A DNA stretch of 64,000 bases from Candidatus Pacearchaeota archaeon (GCA_017609405.1 JAFCDZ010000001.1:24880-88879), one strand, 5' to 3'; shown: positions 49,821 to 59,538, counted from the first letter of the stretch. A program made the numbers and translations. Notes: generated by a model not told the origin, from the sequence alone.

Positions 49821-49880
49821 TTTACGAGATTATGAAAAATTTAGGCTAACTAAAGTAAATAAAGCACAAACTACAGAATT

Positions 49881-49943
49881 CTAATTAATAATAGGGATTG
49901 CCCTTGATTTTTGAATGAAAATTAATTTCAATTCATACTCCAT
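49881..49943 (-). CDS. Putative leader peptide (20 aa) of the DHS/decarboxylase operon
   Basis: MEYELKLIFIQKSRAIPIIN*; ATG 21 nt after AAAACCTTAAAAA, the same promoter string found before tRNA-Trp. Confidence 0.45.
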   Translation of the reverse strand: MEYELKLIFIQKSRAIPIIN

Positions 49944-50056
49944 GCTAAAATGCATTAACAAGGGTTTTTAAGGTTTTTGTCTTGGTTGGGAAGGTAGTTG
50001 AGGGGGGATGACTCGGGACATAAATTTTTAAAAAAAATAAAGATTACTAAACTCAT

Positions 50057-50287
50057 ATGGATAAAGAAACAATTAGTATAATTTTTCTAGTAATGACTGG
50101 AATTTACATTTTAGGATGTTTAGCCTCTATAACTTCAGAATCTGCAAAAGAGATAGTAATTTTAGGCATAAAAGCTCTTGGAATAATGGGGGTTTTAATT
50201 TTAGCCGCCCCTCCTATAGGGTTGATTATATTCATAATATCTCTAATAATAAAATCTTCATGGAATTCGCAGGAGAGGGGTTTATGA
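50057..50287 (+). CDS. Small membrane protein
   Basis: Hydrophobic 76 aa; TATA upstream; ATGA-coupled to the ORF at 50284-50445. Confidence 0.6.
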   Translation: MDKETISIIFLVMTGIYILGCLASITSESAKEIVILGIKALGIMGVLILAAPPIGLIIFIISLIIKSSWNSQERGL

Positions 50288-50393
50288 CTCTTCTAAAAAA
50301 GTTGCTAATGACTTTCATAGGAATAATAATCTCTTTAGCATTTGCGACATCAAATTTTTCCGATATGCAATACGGAAATATAATCAATATAGT

Positions 50394-50822
50394 AGGGGCT
50401 ATTGGAACTCCTGCTTCTTTAATCAAAGCCAAAGCAATAGGATGAGAAGGCATTCTTATTGCTACGCTATTTAATCTTGCTGTAACAACATCAGGAACAA
50501 TTTCAGATTTTTTAAAAACAAGTGTAAGAGGGCCAGGCCAAAATCTATCAATCAACTTCCTTGCAGAATCAGGAATCTCTTTAACAAGTTTTTTAATCTC
50601 CTCAACATCTGACACATGAACAATAAGAGGATTGTCAGCAGGCCTGCCCTTTGCTTCAAATATTTTTCTAACTGCATCAGCATCTAAAGCATTAGCACCA
50701 AGCCCATAAACTGTTTCAGTAGGAAAAGCAACAAACCCGCCTTTTCTCAAAACCTCTGCTGCCTCCCTAATCTTGGAAATATTCTTATCTAAATCATTAA
50801 CCTTCAAAACTCTTGTCTTCAT
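50394..50822 (-). pseudogene. sua5: Truncated Sua5/TsaC threonylcarbamoyl-AMP synthase
   Basis: AFPTETVYGLGA, KGRP.DNPLIVH, FWPGPLT, VAIRMP; homology stops at GVPIAP, before the SAN motif; ORF runs on to 50232 in unrelated sequence. Confidence 0.8.
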
Positions 50823-50897
50823 AATAAAAGAACTAAGAGATACATTAAAAATTTTCACCCATCAAAAAAATTTATATTCCTTCTAGATTCAAAAGAT

Positions 50898-51302
50898 ATG
50901 AATAAAAAAAGATTATCTAAAGAAATATCAAAAATATTCATCCTTATAATATCGGGAATTATCTCATTAATATTATTTTCAAACAGGTATAATATAAAAG
51001 AATTAAAAAAACCTTATTTAATGGGAACTTGGATAATCTATTTAACCCACCTTATTTCAGGGTTTATAATTCCTATACTCTTTTTCATTATTCTTTCGGG
51101 ATTGCTTTTCTTTTTTATTGGAGAATTAAATAAAAGAGACAAAAAATTAATAATAAAAATAATATTTACTTTAGTAATTATATTACTTATTTTATGGGAA
51201 CTAATTTACACCCCAATTGTATTTAAAAGATTAGATTTCATACAGATAATCTTTGAAACAATAGGCATTATATTCTCTTTTATTCTACTAAATTCGTTCT
51301 AA
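50898..51302 (+). CDS. Membrane protein
   Basis: Four hydrophobic helices. Confidence 0.65.
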   Translation: MNKKRLSKEISKIFILIISGIISLILFSNRYNIKELKKPYLMGTWIIYLTHLISGFIIPILFFIILSGLLFFFIGELNKRDKKLIIKIIFTLVIILLILWELIYTPIVFKRLDFIQIIFETIGIIFSFILLNSF

Positions 51303-51450
51303 ATCAAACTCCTTATTAATTTTTATTCTTCCATAAATTCAAAGCTTCTTTTATTGAAAAATGCTTAAAGATTATTCTTAAAATACACTGTTCAATAAAT
51401 AAAAACTCTCTTAAGATTAAATTTAAAAAGAAGAAAATAGCAAAAATATA

Positions 51451-52239
51451 ATGAAAACACGAAAATATAACACAATAATAAAAGCTCTAATAATTGGAAG
51501 TTCATTCCTTGAACCAACAACATACTCAAAAGAAGCGGGAATCAAAGAAGAAAGGGCTTCAGAAAAGATTCAGGTAATAAAAAAAGTTGACGTCAAAGAA
51601 GAATACGGAACATTAGTTCATATAAAAATCACTCACATGCCTCCCCCTGGAGAATTATTGAGATTAATAAAAAAAGCAGAAGCAACATACTTTTTATCAA
51701 GAGGTAAAATAGATTACAGGGGAACTGCAAAAGAATCTATAAGAAAATTTCTAAAGAGGATGAGCGATTCCCAAAAACAAACCTATAGAATAATTAGAAA
51801 AATTAATCCGCAAAGAGTTTATGTGGAAGGATATGAAAGAGGGGAAAGGCCTTCTCTTGAAGAATTAGCAAGAGCAGCAGAAAGAGAGCATAGAGAAATA
51901 AGGCAATTAGGAATGAATAGGATAGATTCGATACAAAGCCCTTTAGAAACTTTTTATAAACTAAAAAAAGAAAATATAGAAATAATTGGAGCAGATACAT
52001 ACACTTCTAAAGAAGAAACAAAACAAGTATTAACAGAATTAAAAAAAGGAGATTTAAGGAGAATAAGAGATAAAAGAGAGAAAAAAACAATTGAGTATGT
52101 ATTACAATATGGAGAAGGAAAAACAAGAATAATAGTTTATGGAAAGAAACATAATTTTGTAGAAGAAGTTCAAAGATGGAATAAAAGTCATCCAAGAGAA
52201 CAATTTGATTTAGTAGAGATTATAACAAGAGATTATTAA
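51451..52239 (+). CDS. Hypothetical, possibly exported protein
   Basis: 262-aa ORF with signal-like N-terminus; VYVEG and IVYG..H motifs. Confidence 0.65.
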   Translation: MKTRKYNTIIKALIIGSSFLEPTTYSKEAGIKEERASEKIQVIKKVDVKEEYGTLVHIKITHMPPPGELLRLIKKAEATYFLSRGKIDYRGTAKESIRKFLKRMSDSQKQTYRIIRKINPQRVYVEGYERGERPSLEELARAAEREHREIRQLGMNRIDSIQSPLETFYKLKKENIEIIGADTYTSKEETKQVLTELKKGDLRRIRDKREKKTIEYVLQYGEGKTRIIVYGKKHNFVEEVQRWNKSHPREQFDLVEIITRDY

Positions 52240-52579
52240 ATAAGGATTAGTAAAAAATTCTAACTGCATTGAGCTACAAAGAAGAACGAGTTCCCCCATT
52301 AATTAGATGCACACTGCCTTAAAATAATTCTTCTGTTAAACCTTTTAACAAAGATTTCAACTAAAAACAACAAGATATTTTTAAGAGAGAGTGAGTGATA
52401 TATAAAGAATAAAGGGTTAAGGCTTTTCATAGAAGTAATTCTTGTTTTCTACCTTTATTTTAAGACCTTCTCATCAATAAAGAGATTTTAAAGTTTTGAG
52501 GGAGTAGAAGGAATTATCCTAAAAAAGAAGCATAATATGATTAACTCAAAGTTTAAGATAATAAATTTAAATGAAAAAA

Positions 52580-53860
52580 TCAAAATTCAATCCTATCCTT
52601 AATTTCTCCAGCAAAATTTTCAAGCATTTTTTCTTTGACAACCTCTTTATTCTCTGCCCAATTCTTATGTCCTAACACCCATCCTAGTTTGACAAAAGCA
52701 GTTTCGGCAAGCATATCTTCTAAAAAAATAACCCCTGTTTTCATAAGTTCTCTTCCATTGCTATAAACAAGAGGGTCCAACCTTCCGTAAATTGTTTGAG
52801 GAGCAGCACAAATAATTAAACCTTTGTCTTGAACTTCTTTTAATTTTTTAAGCCAAGGATGAGTTTCATTATGAATTGGAGCATGGCCTAATCCTGCTAA
52901 CTCCAAGACAACTCCTTTGTATCCTTGAGAAAGATAATAGTCTAAAATAGAAGGGTCTTGTCCAGGATAAACTTTTACTAATGCAACTTTTTCTTCAAAT
53001 TTAGAATCTAATTTAATTTTTGAATTTTTTCTTGGGGAATATTCTGAAAGAAAAATAATTTTATCTTTGTCAACTTTGGCAATTGGCTTGTCATTGATGA
53101 TTTTAAAAGCATCTCTCTTTGAGCTGTGCATTTTTCTGACTTTTGTTCCTCTCATAACATAGCAAAAATCATCATTTGAAGAGGCATGACCTACTAAAAC
53201 TACCTCTGCAATATCTAAAACAGCAACTTGCGCAGCACAAACAAGATTTAATCTTGCATCACTTGAAGCCCTATCAATACTCCTCTGAGAATAAGTTAAA
53301 ACAACTGGTTTATTGAGCTCTCTTAAAAAAAATGATAAAGCTGAAGAAGTATAATGAAGAAAATCAGTTCCATGAGTGATAATTATTCCCTCTATTTTTG
53401 GATCATTCAAAAATTTTTCAGCAGATTTTGCAATTTTCTTCCAATCTTTATAATCCATATCTTCTGATGCTTTCATAAAAGGAACATCAATTTCCACAAT
53501 ATTGACTTTTTCAAAAATCTCTGGATAAGCTTTGAAAAATTCTTCTGGTTTTGTAATCCACTTAACAGCCCCTGTTTTTGTATCCAATCTTGAAGCAATT
53601 GTCCCACCAGTAATAATCATTGCAATATTTGGCTTTGAGCTGTTTTTCTTAAACTCAAAATTATCTTCTTTTTTCTCAAATTTCTTAATCAATTTAATTT
53701 CAGAAACATCTTTTTTCATAATTCCAATATTATATCCATTTCCAAGCTTTAGTAAATAAATTCCTGGCTCATCTTTCGGAGGTTCTAATAAAATTCCTTC
53801 ATAAATTTTTGTTGGAGTGTGAATTTCAACATAATCCCCAAAATCAGCTTTTTTCTCCAT
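52580..53860 (-). CDS. gatD: Glu-tRNA(Gln) amidotransferase subunit D
   Basis: KL.NGYNIG N-domain, TGGTIAS, HGTD, SQRS.DR.SSD, RKMHSS.RDAF. Confidence 0.95.
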   Translation of the reverse strand: MEKKADFGDYVEIHTPTKIYEGILLEPPKDEPGIYLLKLGNGYNIGIMKKDVSEIKLIKKFEKKEDNFEFKKNSSKPNIAMIITGGTIASRLDTKTGAVKWITKPEEFFKAYPEIFEKVNIVEIDVPFMKASEDMDYKDWKKIAKSAEKFLNDPKIEGIIITHGTDFLHYTSSALSFFLRELNKPVVLTYSQRSIDRASSDARLNLVCAAQVAVLDIAEVVLVGHASSNDDFCYVMRGTKVRKMHSSKRDAFKIINDKPIAKVDKDKIIFLSEYSPRKNSKIKLDSKFEEKVALVKVYPGQDPSILDYYLSQGYKGVVLELAGLGHAPIHNETHPWLKKLKEVQDKGLIICAAPQTIYGRLDPLVYSNGRELMKTGVIFLEDMLAETAFVKLGWVLGHKNWAENKEVVKEKMLENFAGEIKDRIEF

Positions 53861-53909
53861 AACAAGATTAAATAAAAAACCTATAAAAAGATTTGGTTAT
53901 TATTCGCTA

Positions 53910-54352
53910 CTATCTTTTTTTGAATCTAAGTTTAATATTCTTAATTAATTTTTCTGTATTTTGAACTACATATTTAACATATTCTTCATCTATTTCTGTT
54001 CCATAATAGAGCAATCCATTTCTAAAATATCTTAATTCATCAAGAAATAAAATACATTTTTCTTCAAAGCCAAGTCCCTTTAAAAAAGAAATCTCTGCCC
54101 CATGAGCACCAACCCCAGAAGCAACATACCCTTTTTTTAACATTTCTGCTCTTATCAAAAACATCAAAGAATCATAGCATAATAAAAGATATTCACCAAG
54201 CATATCCCTGTCATAATCAAAGACACTTATTTGCTTTTTAATACCCTTAGCTTTCTTTCTGAATCTTTAATTAAGTTCATTGACCTTTCTATATCAGGAG
54301 TAATTCTTCTTATTGTTCCATTACCAACATATTCTTTAAATTTCTTTATCAT
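53910..54352 (-). pseudogene. HEPN-domain toxin with 1-nt deletion in an A5 run (54235-54239)
   Basis: MIKKFKEY...ITPDIERS...VLKSK* continues in the -1 frame (QISVFD...CYD...RNGLLYYG); span 443 nt = 3n-1. Confidence 0.8.
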
Positions 54353-54354
54353 AA

Positions 54355-54885
54355 TTAAACGCTCCCAAAAAGAACAATTCCATTTAGGATATTATTTTTT
54401 AAATGTCTACTTATCTTATTAAAGGAATCAAAAAATAATAAATGAACCTCCCTGCCTAATTTTTTTTCATATTTTTCTAAACTTAAAGCTTTTCTCTTTC
54501 TTCCTATAATTGCAATATCAATATCAGAATTAGAAGTATCTTCTCCTCTTGAATAACTACCAAAAAGGATTATTGTAGCACCAGGAAGATTCTTTAATAA
54601 AAAATCTGAAAGCCCTGAAAGGAAAATCTGTTTTAAATTTTCTACTCTTTTTAATTCAATTGCCTTTTTTTCACCGCTAAGTTCAATAAGGTTTATGTTC
54701 TTTAATTTAGTGATCTTAATTAGTTTTAATTTTTCAAGCCTTTTGACAGATTTCCCAATCGCTGTTGGAGAGACATTAAGCAAAATTGCTGTTTCCCTCT
54801 GGCTTAATTTCTTTCCTGCTTCCTTGCATAAAAATGAAAAAAGCTTTTGATCAAGGGGTGTCAACTCAAAGTCACCATTATCCAT
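54355..54885 (-). CDS. HTH-fused minimal nucleotidyltransferase (MNT antitoxin)
   Basis: HTH (LSQRETA..LNVSPTA), LFGSYSRGED..NSDIDIA. Confidence 0.9.
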   Translation of the reverse strand: MDNGDFELTPLDQKLFSFLCKEAGKKLSQRETAILLNVSPTAIGKSVKRLEKLKLIKITKLKNINLIELSGEKKAIELKRVENLKQIFLSGLSDFLLKNLPGATIILFGSYSRGEDTSNSDIDIAIIGRKRKALSLEKYEKKLGREVHLLFFDSFNKISRHLKNNILNGIVLFGSV

Positions 54886-54989
54886 TTTAGTTTATATATG
54901 TAAACTAAAGTTTATATAAGATTTTCTTTTTTAAATTCATGAATCTAAATCAAAAAAACCTTCAAAATAAATTTAAGTAATAAGATATT

Positions 54990-55265
54990 TCAGTCTTTAT
55001 TTTTATAACTCAAAATCCCCATTAAACCAATTCCACCAATAGCAAAATACCCTAAAAGAAAATAATCTAATCTTTGTTTTTTGAGCTTTGCTCTACTTAG
55101 CTCTTCTCTTAAAGAATAATCTCTTGGAAGTTCTGAGATTTTCTGTCTAAGTTCAAAAATTCTATCTTGAGTTGATTTATATTCATAAGTATTATTGATT
55201 GCTCCAAGTAAGCCAAGAACCAAAAATCCAGATGAAATTGCTCTGACCAATTTACTCTTTTCCAT
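54990..55265 (-). CDS. Small membrane protein
   Basis: N- and C-terminal TM segments flanking a helix. Confidence 0.6.
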   Translation of the reverse strand: MEKSKLVRAISSGFLVLGLLGAINNTYEYKSTQDRIFELRQKISELPRDYSLREELSRAKLKKQRLDYFLLGYFAIGGIGLMGILSYKNKD

Positions 55266-55472
55266 TTTAAATAAAAAAGAATGAAACTTTTATTTTTTTC
55301 TAAAGAGGGAAGCGATTGTTTATAGAATATTAGCAGTAGAGATAATTTCCAGCCGAAGACGAGATTTTAATGAATATTAAGCAGAGTAAACTCATAGAAA
55401 AGGTGAAAAAACATTAGCAAAGTTTTGGCTCCAAGACAAAACAATTAAAAGTAAAAACTGTTTTTATAATTC

Positions 55473-55877
55473 ATGCCAAAATTTAGGGAGATTACAACAT
55501 CGAGTGGGAAAAAAGTTCTTGGTGGAAAAAGTGCTGAGAATAATGAAGAATTAATTGCCCAGGTAAAGCCGAATGAATATGTCCTCCACACTGCAAAACC
55601 AGGAAGCCCTTTTGTTAATATAAAAGCCCCTAAATCAAGAGTAAGAAAAAAAGATATAAAAGAAGCAGCAATATTCTGCGCTGCAAAAAGCCGGGATTGG
55701 AGAGATAACAAGGGGGACGTGATGGTCCACTACTTCCTCGGACAAGATATCTACAAAACAAAAACAATGAAACCTGGGACTTTCGGAGTTAAGAAGCATG
55801 AAGAAATAAAGATTAAAAAACAAGAAATTGAAGATTTTTTAAAGAAAATTAAATCAGAAGAAACTAAAAATGGTTGA
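55473..55877 (+). CDS. NFACT RNA-binding domain protein (DUF814-like)
   Basis: GGKSAENNEEL, LHT..PGSPF, EAAIFCA..S, PGTF. Confidence 0.8.
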   Translation: MPKFREITTSSGKKVLGGKSAENNEELIAQVKPNEYVLHTAKPGSPFVNIKAPKSRVRKKDIKEAAIFCAAKSRDWRDNKGDVMVHYFLGQDIYKTKTMKPGTFGVKKHEEIKIKKQEIEDFLKKIKSEETKNG

Positions 55878-56124
55878 AACAGTTAGAAAAATACCTCTTG
55901 GAAAAAAAGGCTTGACAAAAGAATTTCTAAATTCCCTAAAAAACCAATTTAAAAAACAAAAAAACATAAAAATAAAAGTTTTGCAAAGCGCAGTATCTGA
56001 AAGAGCAGAAATAAAAACCACTGCAGAAAAAATAACAAAAGAACTTGGAGATAACTACACAGCAAAAGTAATTGGATTCACAATTGCAATAAAAAAGTGG
56101 AGAAAACCCAAACAAAACAAATAA
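55870..56124 (+). CDS. YhbY/CRM RNA-binding protein
   Basis: LGKKGLT, IKIKVL, KVIGFT. Confidence 0.8.
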   Translation: MVETVRKIPLGKKGLTKEFLNSLKNQFKKQKNIKIKVLQSAVSERAEIKTTAEKITKELGDNYTAKVIGFTIAIKKWRKPKQNK

Positions 56125-56135
56125 AAGGAGGCATA

Positions 56136-57155
56136 ATGAAAAACCCTGCAAGAATTTTCATAATAATCTTATTCCTTCTTTTAATTGGATTATATTTTAT
56201 ATTAAAATCTCCAATAAAAAAGGATTTAGATGAAATTCAAAATTATCAAAGAGTAAATATTTCTTATTTAAAAGGAATCTGGCCTGCTCCAGGAACAGAA
56301 GATATTGTTTTAGAAAAAGAAAGCAATAAACTCAAAAATATGGGGGTGAATGTTTTTCCAATTTCAGTGTTATTTAATATTTATCAGGATGGCTCAATAA
56401 AACTTCTCAATACCAAAGAATGGGAAGGAAAAGGCAAAATAGAATATACAGAGAGAATAAGAAAAGCTCATGAAAAAGGATTTGCAGTTTTTTTAGAATT
56501 AGACCCTGTTTATGTAGGAAAAAACGATTATAAAGGGGGAATTCAATCTACAAAAATTCCAGAAAAGATTAAACAAAAATTTATAGAGAACTTTGAAGGA
56601 ATTGTTTTAGAATGGGGAGAAATAGCTGAAAAAGAGAAAGTTGAATTTTTTTCTCCAATAAATGAACCAAATTCTGAAATAAGCTTAGGAAATGAGCTTT
56701 CAATAAAATTTATAGAAAAAATTCTTCCTTTAATTAAAGAAAAATTCAAAGGAGAGATAGTCATAAAATTTGCTGAAGCAGGGCCAAAAAATATCTCAAA
56801 ATATGGAACAATAAAAGGATATGATTATTTGGCAATTGATGTTTATGCTATGGGTGTTTCTGAAAAAGAATTTGAAGAATACCTTAATCAGATAATAAAA
56901 GAATCTCTTGAAAAAGTTGAAAAATATAATTTAAAGGGATTTATTTTTGGGGAATTAGGTGTGGAGCCAAAAGATGAATCTTTTCAAGCAAGTGTTTTTC
57001 AAAGAATTTTTGAAAAAACATGGAATAAAACAAAAGGATATCTTATTTCTGGATGGGGAGAAAATATAGACCCTTCAGATGATTTTAATGTAGTATTTAC
57101 AAATAAGCCTGCTGAAAAAGTAATTAAGAACTGGTATAAAAGAGAAATTTCTTAG
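56136..57155 (+). CDS. Membrane-anchored clan GH-A glycoside hydrolase (GH113/GH5-like)
   Basis: N-terminal TM, PINEP acid/base, IDVY, FGELG nucleophile; SD AAGGAGG. Confidence 0.7.
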   Translation: MKNPARIFIIILFLLLIGLYFILKSPIKKDLDEIQNYQRVNISYLKGIWPAPGTEDIVLEKESNKLKNMGVNVFPISVLFNIYQDGSIKLLNTKEWEGKGKIEYTERIRKAHEKGFAVFLELDPVYVGKNDYKGGIQSTKIPEKIKQKFIENFEGIVLEWGEIAEKEKVEFFSPINEPNSEISLGNELSIKFIEKILPLIKEKFKGEIVIKFAEAGPKNISKYGTIKGYDYLAIDVYAMGVSEKEFEEYLNQIIKESLEKVEKYNLKGFIFGELGVEPKDESFQASVFQRIFEKTWNKTKGYLISGWGENIDPSDDFNVVFTNKPAEKVIKNWYKREIS

Positions 57156-57194
57156 AAAACAAAATATTTATAAACCATAATTTGTGCATAAGAA

Positions 57195-57239
57195 TAGCCA
57201 AACAGCCAAGAGCTGTTCTAACATCGCAAGATGTGGCTA
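57195..57239 (+). promoter_or_regulatory. Candidate ribosomal-protein leader (three-way junction)
   Basis: TAGCC/GGCTA, AACAGC/GCTGTT, ACATC-GCAA-GATGT; ends 7 nt before the rps19e ATG. Confidence 0.65.
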
Positions 57240-57246
57240 AATTAAT

Positions 57247-57672
57247 ATGGCAAACGCAGTATATGATATGAATCCATTTGAATTCAACTTAAAATTAGCA
57301 GAAGCTCTCAAAAAAATACCTGAAATATCTGCACCAGAATGGGTAAAGTATGTTAAATCAAGTTCAGGAAAAGAAAGACCTATTGATGACCCAGACTTTT
57401 GGTATAAAAGAACAGCAAGCATATTAAAACAAATTTATAGAAAAGGTATTCTTGGTGTAAATAGATTAAGAACAAGGTATGGAAGCAAAAAAAATAGAGG
57501 AGCAAAACCTGAAGAATTTAGAAAAGCTTCTGGAAAAATAATAAGAACAATATTGCAACAAACAGATGAAGCAGGACTAACAGAGAAAGTTGAACCTCAA
57601 AAAGGCTCAAAACAAAGAAGCGGTAGAAAACTCACTGAAAAAGGAAAAAAACTATTGGAGGGGCTAAAATAA
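57247..57672 (+). CDS. rps19e: 30S ribosomal protein S19e
   Basis: PEWV.YVKS...KERP...WY.R.AS, YG..KNRG, ASGKIIR..LQQ. Confidence 0.96.
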   Translation: MANAVYDMNPFEFNLKLAEALKKIPEISAPEWVKYVKSSSGKERPIDDPDFWYKRTASILKQIYRKGILGVNRLRTRYGSKKNRGAKPEEFRKASGKIIRTILQQTDEAGLTEKVEPQKGSKQRSGRKLTEKGKKLLEGLK

Positions 57673-57673
57673 A

Positions 57674-57877
57674 ATGGGTGTAAAAGATCCTCAAAAAAAA
57701 GCAACCCTTGCAAAACAAAATAGAAGAACTAAGTGGGCTCCTGTATGGGCAATATTAAAAAGATTTGGAAAAGGAAAAAGAATCCATCCAATAAACATAA
57801 CAAGAATTAAGAGGTCTTGGAGAAGACACAAACTTCATATTAAACCAAGAAAAATAAGAAAATCACACCTAGGATAA
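57674..57877 (+). CDS. rpl39e: 50S ribosomal protein L39e
   Basis: LAKQNRR..WAPVW...KRSWRRHKL; synteny with S19e and L31e. Confidence 0.88.
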   Translation: MGVKDPQKKATLAKQNRRTKWAPVWAILKRFGKGKRIHPINITRIKRSWRRHKLHIKPRKIRKSHLG

Positions 57878-57878
57878 A

Positions 57879-58424
57879 ATGGCTGAAAAAACAGAAACAC
57901 AAAAAATTGAAAGAGAATACATAATCCCTCTAAGAAAAGAATGGGCAAAAGTACCAAGATACAAAAGAGCAAAAAAAGCAATAAAAGCAATAAGAAAATT
58001 TTTAGTCAGGCACATGAAGATTTATGATAGAGACCTTAAAAAAATTAAAATAGATAAATACCTCAATGAAGAAATCTGGTTCAGAGGAATAAAAAAACCC
58101 CCTGCAAAAATAAAAATAAAGGCAATAAAAGAAGGGGAAATTGTAAAAGCTGAATTAGCAGAAATGCCAAAAGAATTAGAATTCAAAAAGAAAAAAGAAG
58201 AAAAATTAAAACAAAAGGTTGGAAAAGTCATTGAAAAGAGAAAAGAAGAAAGAAAAGAGGAAAAAGAAGATAAAGAAGTAGAAGAGAAAAAAGAAGCATC
58301 AAAGGATTTAGAAATGAAACTTGAAAAAGAGATTTCAAAACAAGAAAAACAAATAAAACAACAACAATCAAAAGCATTAAAAAGCAAAGCACAAGTTAAA
58401 CAAAGAAAAGCTCTTGAAAAATAA
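57879..58424 (+). CDS. rpl31e: 50S ribosomal protein L31e with charged C-terminal extension
   Basis: EREYIIPLR, KRAKKAIK, LNEEIW.RGIKKPP. Confidence 0.95.
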   Translation: MAEKTETQKIEREYIIPLRKEWAKVPRYKRAKKAIKAIRKFLVRHMKIYDRDLKKIKIDKYLNEEIWFRGIKKPPAKIKIKAIKEGEIVKAELAEMPKELEFKKKKEEKLKQKVGKVIEKRKEERKEEKEDKEVEEKKEASKDLEMKLEKEISKQEKQIKQQQSKALKSKAQVKQRKALEK

Positions 58425-58463
58425 CACAATAAACTTTAAAAAGGTTTAATTCGAGGTTATAAC

Positions 58464-58697
58464 ATGGCAAATAAAATTGAGCGTCCTTTGGATTTGCTAA
58501 ACAATTCAAAAGGAAAAGAAGTGATAGTAAGTCTTAAAGGAGGAAAACAGCTTGTTGGAACACTCCTTGCTTTTGATATTCATATAAACCTTGTTTTAGA
58601 CAATGCAAAAGAATTAGAAAACGGGGAAAATAAAAGAAACCTCGGGATTGTTTTCTTAAGAGGAGACACAATAATTTTTATCTCTCCTGCTGCTTAA
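58464..58697 (+). CDS. Sm-like archaeal protein (Lsm)
   Basis: RPLDLL, GTL.AFD.H.NLVL, LRGDTI. Confidence 0.95.
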   Translation: MANKIERPLDLLNNSKGKEVIVSLKGGKQLVGTLLAFDIHINLVLDNAKELENGENKRNLGIVFLRGDTIIFISPAA

Positions 58698-59538
58698 TTG
58701 GTTGAAGAACAAATTTTGGTTTTGCAAAAATTTCTTCATTGAGAACTTCATAGATTCCAATAAATTTATTTTTATAAAAAGCACAGATTAATTCTCCTTT
58801 TGAAAGCACTGGTTTTTTCTCAATATCTTTCTCAAAAATTGGCTTCCCTGTGAGTAATCTATCTACTTCTTTTTTCTTAATCTCAATTTTTTTGAACCTC
58901 TTCTTAATTATTTCTTCAGCAGGAATTATTATTTTTCTAATTTCATAATCATTTCCTTTTTCCAATTCCTCAACAGCCCTATCAAACTCATATAAATTAA
59001 CAAAGTTTTTATCATTTTCACTAAAAAGACCTGCCCTTGTTCTTCTTAATTCAAGCATATGAGCTCCAATTCCAATCTCTTTTCCTAAGTCATCAATTAA
59101 TTTTCTTATATATGTTCCTCCCTCGCATTTAACCTTAAACAAAATGTCTTTTCCGTCTTTTTCCAAAAGTTCAAAAGAATAAATCTCCCTCTCTCTTTCA
59201 ACTCTCTTTACTCTTGACTTCACTGGAGGAATTTGTTTTATTTTTCCGATGAATTTTTTATTAATAACCTTTTTTATCTTTTCAATTTCAATATCTTTAT
59301 GTATTCTCATTACACCAACATATTCTTTATCCTCTCCTAAGAAAAATCCCGTTAATTTACAAGCACGATTTAAAGCTATTGGTAGAACACCTGTTACCTT
59401 TGGGTCAAGAGTCCCAAAATGAGATGTTTTCCTAAGTTTAAGCTTTTTTCTAACATAATCTGAAATATCAAAACTTGTCGGACCAGAAGGCTTGTCAATG
59501 TTCAATATCCCAAACTCAAGAAGCTCACGAATTTCCAT
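58678..59538 (-). CDS. cbf5: H/ACA pseudouridine synthase Cbf5
   Basis: IDKPSGPTS, HFGTLDPKVTGVL, GGTYIRKL, ELRRTR; PUA domain. Confidence 0.95.
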   Translation of the reverse strand: MEIRELLEFGILNIDKPSGPTSFDISDYVRKKLKLRKTSHFGTLDPKVTGVLPIALNRACKLTGFFLGEDKEYVGVMRIHKDIEIEKIKKVINKKFIGKIKQIPPVKSRVKRVEREREIYSFELLEKDGKDILFKVKCEGGTYIRKLIDDLGKEIGIGAHMLELRRTRAGLFSENDKNFVNLYEFDRAVEELEKGNDYEIRKIIIPAEEIIKKRFKKIEIKKKEVDRLLTGKPIFEKDIEKKPVLSKGELICAFYKNKFIGIYEVLNEEIFAKPKFVLQPIKQQER

